Shown here: positions 51,198 to 59,109 of the stretch, piece after piece | Position numbering within the stretch: the stretch's first letter is position 1 | How the letters are laid out: each line of letters starts with the position of its first letter | Assembly: GCA_963809485.1 (NCBI GenBank) | Contig: CAWEJX010000004.1 | Coordinates: 160,001 to 224,000, forward strand | Direction of reading: 5' to 3' | Length of the DNA: 64,000 nt | Origin: an uncultured Acidobacteriota bacterium | Lineage (GTDB): Bacteria; Acidobacteriota; UBA6911 | Made by a program: the position numbers and the translations under genes | The notes under the pieces: generated by a model | Database searches by the model: none | Told to the model about the DNA's origin: nothing | What the model saw: only the letters and a program-made list of their open reading frames with translations

Positions 51198-52334
51198 ATG
51201 CGAGTTCCGCGTTATCTCGAGAGTGCTGTGGGCGAGGCGTTGCGCAAGAAGATGGCATTCGTCGGCGGTCCCAGGCAGGTCGGCAAAACGACGTTTGCGC
51301 TTGGCTTTCTCGGCAAAAATGCCGATGAAACGCACCCTGCCTATTTAAACTGGGACCGCCCGAGCGTTCCACCCAAATTGAGAAAAGCGGAAATGCCGGC
51401 CGGAGAGCCTCTCGTGCTTCTGGATGAAATCCACAAGTACGCCCGCTGGAGGGGCATGGTCAAGGGAATCTTCGATGTTGAGAAGTCCCGCGGAAAATTC
51501 CTTGTGACCGGTTCCGCCCGGCTCGATTATTATCGTAAAGGGGGAGACTCTCTCGCGGGCCGCTACCGGTAATTTCGTCTCCATCCCTTCTCTCTGAGAG
51601 AACTCAATCGCCACCCGTTGCGGTCGGACCTTTCGGCTTTGCTGCAGTTCGGCGGATTTCCCGAGCCTTTATTCTCGCAGAATGAACCGGAGCATCGAAT
51701 CTGGCGTCGAGACCGCATCGTGCGAGTCGTTCGACAGGACCTCCGTGATTTGGAACAGGTCCGGGAAATCAGTCTCATGGAACACCTGGCCGATTTGCTG
51801 CCGTCCAAAGCAGGTTCCCCGCTGTCGATCAAGAGCCTGAGGGAGGGCCTCCAGATCGACCACAAAACGGCGGAACGCTAGCTGCAGATCCTGGAGAATC
51901 TCTATGTCTGCTTCCGCGTCTCTCCCTATGGCCCCCCGAGGATCCGAGCCGTGAAAAAGGAAAGGAAGTTGTATCTCTGGGACTGGTCGAGCGTTGAGGA
52001 TGCCGGGGCTCGATTTGAGAACCTGGTCGCCTCTCAGCTTCTGAAGTATTGCCACTGGATTGAAGATACCGAGGGCTACCCGATGGAACTCAGGTACCTT
52101 CGAGATACGGACAAACGCGAAGTCGATTTTGTGGTTCTGAAAGATCGCAAGCCACTGTGGGCGGTAGAATGCAAATCAGGAGAGAAGTCCGTCGGTCAAG
52201 CGCTCCGCTACTTCGCCGAAAGAACCGCAATCCCTCGATTTTTCCAGACGCGTCTCGGCGAGAGGCACTTCGAAAGTGGCAAGATCACGGTGTTGCCATT
52301 CACGCGGCTTTGTCAAGAGCTCGAGCTGCCATAG
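51198..52334 (+). pseudogene. AAA ATPase with DUF4143 domain; two in-frame stops
   Basis: GPRQVGKTT, LLDEIH, TGSA, SLAGR, GGFPE, FEN, REVDF in one frame; TAA at 51570-72 and TAG at 51879-81. Confidence 0.85.
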
Positions 52335-52728
52335 CGCCGGGGGGCTTGAAACAATATGAGAAAAGATCACGGTCTTGCGGGTTTTCTGTTAGGAGATTGT
52401 ATCCGATGCGATATCGGTTCATCAGCTGCTGCGATATCGTAACGGTGTCACGGGCTTGGTATTTTTGGCTTCAGAAAAATCAGCAAGGTCTTCAAACATA
52501 GTGAAAATCCTTAAATTCAAAAAATGCCGCCCAAAATTGTGGCTAAGTCATCTTTCCAGCCCCAATAATCGAGCTATCGATTTTTTTGCAAAGGCATTAC
52601 CGTGGTCTGTCCCCGTTAAACCATTTCTTTTCTATGGGCGCCCATCCAATTTTGCTATATTAGCTCTACCCGATTGATCCCACATTGCATGCATTGAACC
52701 CGATGTCGACGTGGAGGAAGCGCTCCCT

Positions 52729-53339
52729 ATGATCGGCAAGACGCTGGGGCACTATAGAGTCGGCGAACAGCTTGGCCGCGGAGGCATGGGGGAAGTCTTT
52801 GTTGCCGATGACCTCAATTTGAACCGCAAGGTCGCCCTCAAGTTCCTTCCCGAAGCATTCACGGGCGATCCCGAAAGAATGGCCCGCTTCGAGCGCGAGG
52901 CCCGACTTCTGGCATCGCTCAATCATCCCAGCATCGCTGCGATCTATGGACTCGAACAGGCCGAAGGCAAGAGGTTCCTCGTCCTGGAACTGGTAGAGGG
53001 CGAGAATCTGGCGCAGAGGACCGGCTGTCGAGGGCCCCTAATCAATTGCTATGGTACGACCGGCAGGGAAAAGTCCTCGGATCCGTTGGACCGCCGGGCA
53101 TCTAATCAATTCCGGTAATTTCTCCGGATGGCAGGCGATTCGCGGTCAGGACTGCGCCGGATTTTGAAGCCGGTGTCCCTGTTACTCTTTTTAATGCCTT
53201 TCCCGGCGCCTGGCGGACCCGGAACAATTTCGATGTCACAAGCGACGGGCAACGCTTCCTCATTGTCAGCCTGACCCGGGACGAGACCACTTCATCGATC
53301 ACCGTTACTCTTAATTGGACTGCCCTGGCAAAGAAATGA
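52729..53339 (+). pseudogene. Internally deleted Ser/Thr kinase-beta-propeller gene
   Basis: LGRGGMGEV, VALK, RFEREA, HPSIA N-lobe; then QLLWYDRQG..*..PVISPDGRRFA; then FDVTSDGQRFL...VTLNW C-terminus; catalytic loop absent. Confidence 0.8.
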
Positions 53340-53486
53340 CGCTCCCCCACCCTCTTCCGGGCCCTGCTGCGCAATATAAACCTGAATTTACCTGCAATAC
53401 CGCCCACAAGGAGTTTATAGCCTGACGGTAAAAATGCTCGCACGATTTCCTTGCAAATTAGAGGGCGGCGCTCTAATCTGCATAGT

Positions 53487-54647
53487 ATGTGGCGACGCCT
53501 GGCTCAAACGAGATTGCGTGCACTCTGGCGGCAGTTTCCGGCCGTGCTGATTTTGGGAGCGCGCCAGGTCGGCAAAACGACACTGGCCCGCCAGACATTT
53601 CCCGGCTTTCCCTACTGCGACCTGGAGGAACCGCACCTCCGTGCACTGTTTGCCGACGATCCGACATTCCAGATCCAACAACGTTCGCGCCCCGCACTCA
53701 TTATTGACGAAGCTCAGGCCGTGCCCGCTGTTTTTAATTCACTGCGCGGAATCATCGACGCACATCGCAAGAAGAATGGCCGCTTTCTGTTGCTTGGTTC
53801 GGCGCAGCCTTCGCTGGTCCGCCAGATTTCCGAATCGCTCGCCGGCCGGGTCGGAATCCTGGAATTGGACCCGCTTACCGCAGCTGAGGCCGCCACGGGG
53901 GACCGGGCGCGAGACTGGCAGCAATTATGGCTGCAGGGAGGTTTTCCCGATGCTTTGGGCGGCTCCTTTCGCGAATGGTGGGAAGCCTACTTGCGGACTT
54001 ATGTGGAGCGCGACCTACCTCAATTGGGAGTTCCTGCAGATCCCATTCTGCTGCGCCGCCTGCTCACGATGCTGGCGCACATCCAGGGCGGCATGCTCAA
54101 TGCTTCGCAACTCGGCAACTCCCTGGACGTTACGTACCATACGGTGCAGCGCTACCTGAGCGTTCTTGAGCAGACCTTCATTATCCGGCACCTCCCGCCA
54201 TACTATCGCCACATCGGGAAACGCCTGACGAAAGCTCCAAAAATCTATTTGCGCGATACCGGACTGCTGCACCATCTGCTCAATATCAATACGCTGGAGG
54301 AACTCGATCATCATCCCCAGCGCGGCGCCAGCTGGGAGACGTTTGTAATGGAAGACCTCATTCGCAGAGAGAAACTGCGCCATCCGCACGCGCAATTCTA
54401 TTATTGGAGAACTGCGACCGGAGCAGAGCTTGACCTGTTGCTGGACCGCGGATCCCAACGCATTGGAATTGAGATTAAAGCCGGGCGAGGCGACAAAACA
54501 ACTATTGCCCGCGCAACCGAGCAGATTGCCAAGGATGCAGGCGCCACTTCGGTTTGGATTCTCGATCAGGCTGCAGGTACGGAGGCTCTCCGGCCATCTG
54601 TCCGGCGGCGCGGCTTCGCCGAAAGCCTAAAATGGCTTCCCTCCTGA
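53487..54647 (+). CDS. AAA ATPase with DUF4143 domain (intact)
   Basis: GARQVGKTT, IIDEAQ, LGSA, SESLAGR, GGFP, KAPKIYLRDTG, WE, YWRT..GAELDL. Confidence 0.9.
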   Translation: MWRRLAQTRLRALWRQFPAVLILGARQVGKTTLARQTFPGFPYCDLEEPHLRALFADDPTFQIQQRSRPALIIDEAQAVPAVFNSLRGIIDAHRKKNGRFLLLGSAQPSLVRQISESLAGRVGILELDPLTAAEAATGDRARDWQQLWLQGGFPDALGGSFREWWEAYLRTYVERDLPQLGVPADPILLRRLLTMLAHIQGGMLNASQLGNSLDVTYHTVQRYLSVLEQTFIIRHLPPYYRHIGKRLTKAPKIYLRDTGLLHHLLNINTLEELDHHPQRGASWETFVMEDLIRREKLRHPHAQFYYWRTATGAELDLLLDRGSQRIGIEIKAGRGDKTTIARATEQIAKDAGATSVWILDQAAGTEALRPSVRRRGFAESLKWLPS

Positions 54648-54823
54648 TACACTAGCCTGGGCCTCACTGCGAAAAATAAACCTGGCCGAATAATTCGAGA
54701 TTCGATCTTTGTGGAATTAGCGAACTTCATGGCATTCTGCGTCTTGAAATCCATTACAATGTGCCCAACACGATTCTATCAAATTGTATTGAACCGGTTG
54801 TCGACGTGGAGGAGGCGCTCCCG

Positions 54824-54895
54824 ATGATCGGCACGACACTCGGGCATTACCGGATCACCAGCCAGCTTGGATTAGGGGGTAATTTGGACAATTAG
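54824..54895 (+). pseudogene. 5' stub of a second Ser/Thr kinase gene
   Basis: MIGTTLGHYRITSQLG.GG; leader TGTCGACGTGGAGGA.GCGCTCCC.ATGATCGGCA shared with ~52704-52738. Confidence 0.7.
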
Positions 54896-55022
54896 TGACA
54901 ATTCGGGGTCGGACCACTTTAAATCACTGGAAGGGGAAAGGTGCAGTTATGCGGGCCTAAATGGGCCTAAAACAGAATTGAGGGGGGGCATTTTTGATTG
55001 TAATTGACCGGCCAATCGCTGC

Positions 55023-56171
55023 CTATTTTTCTTCTCCAGCCGATCCTGAAGGGTGGAGTTTTTTCAGTTTGCTTGACACCTTGGCAAGCCGATTGATGAG
55101 GCGCTGCATTGTAAGCTGTTGTTTTGAAGCGTTGAGGCCTCGCCGATTCATTTCGAGGAAGTGCATCGCATCGGCAATGCACTGGAGAGCACGGATATGA
55201 GGGTGTACGGATTGGTTACGGGGATTGCTGCGTTGCGGCAGCTGGTAGAGGTTGGCCAGGTTGGCTCGGGCCGAACTATATTCGCGTTGTAGATCTACCT
55301 GACTCACCTCTACATAACGCATTGTCATTTCGATTTTTGTATGTCCGAGGAGTGTTTTGACTGCAGGCAGGCTGGCGCCGCCGCGGAGCATCTCGGTCGC
55401 AAAAGTATGTCTCATTTGATGCGTCGTGATTCGGGACGCACTGCAGTTTGCTTTTCGGGCCGCTTTCCTGATCATCGCGACCATTTGGCTATACGAAGGA
55501 CGGGAGCCATCTTCGCGCATTAGCAAGAAGGTGGATAATTTTCTGGCCTTAGCCGGGGCTCGATTGCGCAAATCATCGAGGTGTTCAATAAGACTACGGC
55601 TATGGGCGTCCAAGGGAACCAATCTTTCCGTATGCATCTTGCCGAGAGGGACGCGGATTGCCCACTGTTGATCGCCCAGATCCCGGAAGCAATCGACTGC
55701 GAGATTCAAACATTCACCAACGCGCATACCGGTGGCACGCATGAGAAGCAGCGCAGTTGCTTCAACGGTGCCTTTTTTGCGGAGTTCTTCGCAAATGAGG
55801 CGATCATCTTCGGGCGAGAGGGGCCGGGGAAGGTACTTGTCCAGGTGTGGGAAGTCTCGGCGAACGATGAGGTTTTCTCTTATTCGGTCTATTCCTTCAT
55901 CGGCAAGGTCGCGAAGGCACTTGCGTAGCTCATAGAGTTGGTGGAGACGGGTGCAGGTTCGGGAGCTGGCCAAAGTTGAGATCCATCCGAGGATATGCGG
56001 ATCCCGCCTGAGTTGGGAGAGCTTATGAATCTCGGGGTGGTTTTGTTTGAGGAAGCGCATGAAGCCATTCAAAGTGCTTCGATACCGATACATCGTGTTT
56101 GGCCTGTGAACAATAGCAAGACTCTGAAGATAGGAATCGAAGATCTGTTGAATAGTGCGCGGTTTACTCAT
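55023..56171 (-). CDS. Tyrosine recombinase 2
   Basis: TGMRVGE, VPLGK..TER, THQMRHTFA, LLGH..IEMT.RY; full catalytic set; helical C-terminal extension. Confidence 0.92.
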   Translation of the reverse strand: MSKPRTIQQIFDSYLQSLAIVHRPNTMYRYRSTLNGFMRFLKQNHPEIHKLSQLRRDPHILGWISTLASSRTCTRLHQLYELRKCLRDLADEGIDRIRENLIVRRDFPHLDKYLPRPLSPEDDRLICEELRKKGTVEATALLLMRATGMRVGECLNLAVDCFRDLGDQQWAIRVPLGKMHTERLVPLDAHSRSLIEHLDDLRNRAPAKARKLSTFLLMREDGSRPSYSQMVAMIRKAARKANCSASRITTHQMRHTFATEMLRGGASLPAVKTLLGHTKIEMTMRYVEVSQVDLQREYSSARANLANLYQLPQRSNPRNQSVHPHIRALQCIADAMHFLEMNRRGLNASKQQLTMQRLINRLAKVSSKLKKLHPSGSAGEEK

Positions 56172-57222
56172 CGAAGGAAGCACTCCGGAGTTGGGCCAAC
56201 GCTTGCGATCGCTTTTCGACGGCGCGGTGATATTCCCGCCAGACATCCTGGGGAGACAATTCCACGTAGAGCATGGTCGTGTGAATCTGAGAATGACCCA
56301 TGAGTCGCATCAGTGCGGGTACTGAAACGCCGGCACGGATCATGTCGGCACCGAAGGTGTGGCGGAACCGATGCGGGTGGGCGTTGATCGTTTGAGTCGC
56401 ACGTCGATGGTGACGAAACAACGAACGCAGGCCGGCGGATGTCATCGGTTGGCCGCGCCGCCATCCCTTGAGAGAAAGAAACAGGAGGGGCGACCCGAAA
56501 GCAGGCCGTTCGAATTCGAGATAACGCCTAAGAACCCGAATGATCGCATCTGCCAATGGCAGAACCCGCTGTCTGTTTCCTTTGCCACGAACAAAGATCT
56601 GAGTCTCGGAAAGCCGCAAATCTTCGAGCCGGAGTTGGATCGTTTCATGGGAACGCAGGCCGTTAAAAAGCATCAATCCCACGAGACTGAGGTCACGGAA
56701 GGTGCGAAAGCTGGACCAGAAACGTGAAACTTCATCAGGCTGGAGGGGGATGACGACTTTTCGAGGTTGTCGTAACCGCAGTCCCGCGATTGCGGTGCTG
56801 GGTTTTCCTATGCCCATTGGACTTCGTCTCTTGTATCGGGTTTGCACACTGGCGCGAGTTCTGGGGACTTCCTTCTGGTAGTAGAATCGGTACAGGGATC
56901 GGACAACCACCAAACGATGATTGACCGTAGGCGGCGACGGCTTGGGTTCGTTTTCAAGTTGGTATCGAACGTAATCGAGCAGACGAAGCTCGTTGAGAGT
57001 GGATAGACTCGGCCAGCGAGAACCGTGTAACCACCAACGGACGAAGTTCAACAGATCGAACCCATACGAGCGCAAGGAACGGACGGAAAGGTTGCGCAGG
57101 TACTGGGCATCCAGAAAATCATTGATGAAACGGACCGGCTGGTCCTTAGAATCCAAGAGTTGATAGGGAGACATGCCCGCAGGGCCGGATGGGTAACGAA
57201 TGAGATGAAAAGGCGGGGTCAT
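56164..57222 (-). CDS. Tyrosine recombinase 1
   Basis: NGLRSHE, RGKGNRQR, HPHRFRHTFG, LMGH..IHTT.LY; ATGA overlap with the primase stop. Confidence 0.92.
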   Translation of the reverse strand: MTPPFHLIRYPSGPAGMSPYQLLDSKDQPVRFINDFLDAQYLRNLSVRSLRSYGFDLLNFVRWWLHGSRWPSLSTLNELRLLDYVRYQLENEPKPSPPTVNHRLVVVRSLYRFYYQKEVPRTRASVQTRYKRRSPMGIGKPSTAIAGLRLRQPRKVVIPLQPDEVSRFWSSFRTFRDLSLVGLMLFNGLRSHETIQLRLEDLRLSETQIFVRGKGNRQRVLPLADAIIRVLRRYLEFERPAFGSPLLFLSLKGWRRGQPMTSAGLRSLFRHHRRATQTINAHPHRFRHTFGADMIRAGVSVPALMRLMGHSQIHTTMLYVELSPQDVWREYHRAVEKRSQALAQLRSASFDE

Positions 57223-58226
57223 ACACATTGTGCTTCCTCCAGACATCTTGTGAAATCAGCAGCGGTGGCTCCGGAAACAAAGAAACTATTGGGATCATGG
57301 TTTTCCGGAAGCGGTACGATCTTCGATTGCAGACCGGCCTCCCGGAGTTGCCGTGCCAGTTTCAAAGCAGCGCGTTGACCGGCAGCATTCGTATCCGAGT
57401 CAAAAGCAATGAAGATCTGTCTATTGAGATCGTCGCATAGTTGGGCAAACTGCTTGCCTGTCAGGTGGCAGCCGAGAGCGCTGGTTGTATTGCGAAAGCC
57501 AGCCTGCCAGAGAACCGCAAGATCGAAAAGGCCTTCCACCAGGATAACGTTGGGAGCATTGTGAATCGACTCCCATGCGACCAGGCCGATCCTAACACGA
57601 GGCAGAAATCGATGTGGCGGCGGGGGACCGATGCTGCGTCCGTACAGATTGACGATGCGGTTCTGATCGAGACAAGGAAAGACGATGCGGTGAAAGAAGG
57701 TGTCATGCCCCTTTTGATTTATCAATCCAAGATTCACGAGCCGGTCGTAATTGTGGCCGCATACCGATAACAGGTGCCCACGCAAACTGCCGCCTGGCGC
57801 ATAGCCCAATCGAAGGTGACGTAATATCTCTGGATCCCGCAATCCGCGTTGGTGAAGATAGTTCATCGCTTCCTGGTGGTGCTGCAACTGATACTGGTAA
57901 AAAGCGACCGTATCGCGGAGGAGGTCGTCATCACCCCTGAGCTTGTCCCATTCTCCGGCCAGCCGTGCGACGCTATCGCGGAAAGAAAGGTTGAAGTAGA
58001 CCTGGACGAAGCGAATCAAGTCGCCGCCATAGCCACAGCCATGGCAGTGAAAAAGATTTTTCTCGGCGTTGACATAGAACGACGGCTGGGTCTCGGAGTG
58101 CAGCGGGCACAATCCAACATATTCGTTCCCTGAACCCACAGGACGGCCAGTCCAATTGAGGCGTTTGAGATAATCCAACAGTGGAAGATCGCGCTTAAGT
58201 TTTTCCACTTCCTTGCAGTTTGCCAT
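57219..58226 (-). CDS. DnaG-type primase (CHC2 zinc finger + Toprim), no helicase-binding domain
   Basis: CPLHSETQPSF, FHCHGCG.GGD, YL..RG, RIVFP, LVEGLFD, FDSD..GQ.AA, DPN. Confidence 0.9.
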   Translation of the reverse strand: MANCKEVEKLKRDLPLLDYLKRLNWTGRPVGSGNEYVGLCPLHSETQPSFYVNAEKNLFHCHGCGYGGDLIRFVQVYFNLSFRDSVARLAGEWDKLRGDDDLLRDTVAFYQYQLQHHQEAMNYLHQRGLRDPEILRHLRLGYAPGGSLRGHLLSVCGHNYDRLVNLGLINQKGHDTFFHRIVFPCLDQNRIVNLYGRSIGPPPPHRFLPRVRIGLVAWESIHNAPNVILVEGLFDLAVLWQAGFRNTTSALGCHLTGKQFAQLCDDLNRQIFIAFDSDTNAAGQRAALKLARQLREAGLQSKIVPLPENHDPNSFFVSGATAADFTRCLEEAQCV

Positions 58227-58609
58227 CAGAGCCTCCGGACGGGAACGCCTGTTCGGCCGCAAATGATGCAGGCGATACGTTCGAGAGGGTTTGCTCTCGC
58301 AGATCCGACGTTCCCTGACTTTGATGGATCGATCCTGACATTACTGTCTTGGCTTCTGGAACCCTGATACGTCACGCTTTTTTTATTGGACTGGCGCAGA
58401 CGATAGTTGCGCTGGTGGTCTCGATGGTCGAGTTTGCCTAAGGGACTTTGCCGGTAGCGTCTATTCGCTTCGCGCAGTTGGTGCCGGCGGGCGCGGTCCC
58501 GACATGCCTGACTGCAGTAGTGCTGTCCGCGATCGCAGTGACTGCAGATATGGAATATCTTGCCGCACCCCGCGGCATGGCAAGATCGTTGCCGGAGGAT
58601 GAGTTCCAG
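58226..58609 (-). CDS. Cys-rich basic protein (~127 aa), absent from the ORF track
   Basis: Hand translation: LELILRQRSCHAAGCGKIFHICSHCDRGQHYCSQACRDRARRHQLREANRRYRQSPLGKLDHRDHQRNYR...VTYQGS...CIICGRTG; TGATG overlap with the primase start; CTG start, or TTG start if the C-run has one extra base. Confidence 0.75.
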   Translation of the reverse strand: MELILRQRSCHAAGCGKIFHICSHCDRGQHYCSQACRDRARRHQLREANRRYRQSPLGKLDHRDHQRNYRLRQSNKKSVTYQGSRSQDSNVRIDPSKSGNVGSARANPLERIACIICGRTGVPVRRL

Positions 58610-59043
58610 GGGCCAATCGTCCTTTCCCGAAGGCGGGACTCGACAACGGCCCCCATGTCATGGCACGCTAAAGACGACTTTGGTTCTGGGAGCTTTAACC
58701 GGGCTCTTGGAATTTAGCCTCGATCGTTACAGCGGTCGGGGCTTTCTTTTTCCGCCTTTCACGCCGCCACGATATCACCACCAGGGCTCAAGAAATCTAT
58801 TGCAGTTACCCAGAAGCAAAGAACACGGCTGAATAAAAGAGAAACCAGCTGAAAGAAAAAATAGGCAGCCACTCCTGGGCTGGTTTAGAAAAAACGACAT
58901 TTTGGCCGGTTAATAGGTAAGAAATCGGGGATGTTTCCAATCAGAATGAAAATCCCTACATACTCAGCATCTTTTCGAAGGGCGGCGCGTCAGGCGTTTT
59001 GTGAGAATTGAATCTGTGGCCATGCGCGAACCTACTCATAAGG

Positions 59044-59085
59044 TTCAGCGTTCATCGGCGTTTTTGTCAGCGTAGGTCAGCGTTA
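59044..59085 (+). repeat. Four-unit TC(A/G)GCG phased array
   Basis: tcagcgttca tcggcgtttttg tcagcgtagg tcagcgtt (10-12-10). Confidence 0.7.
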
Positions 59086-59109
59086 AAAGGGCCTGGAGCC
59101 CCGGCGCAG

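Larger units (their letters stand above)
55000..58920 (-). mobile_element. Integrative element: Cys-rich ORF + primase + two tyrosine recombinases
   Basis: Terminal IR ATTGACCGGCCAA (55003-15) / TTGGCCGGTTAAT (58902-14); inner IR GCTGCCTATTTTT (55018-30 / 58857-69); GTAA at both junctions; joined flanks reconstruct the sequence at 49904-50051. Confidence 0.85.

Noticed and set aside
51570-51881. In-frame TAA and TAG in the AAA ATPase as recoding (pyrrolysine or alternative code)
   Set aside because: The stops are of two different types and fall where Tyr and Trp are expected, each one substitution away. TAG and TAA end normal genes elsewhere in the window.
55023-57222. Housekeeping xerC/xerD, or a prophage integrase with chromosomal dnaG
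   Set aside because: The genes are overlapped, bounded by IRs and inserted in a repeat; the primase is short and not in an rpsU-dnaG-rpoD context; no phage structural genes are present.
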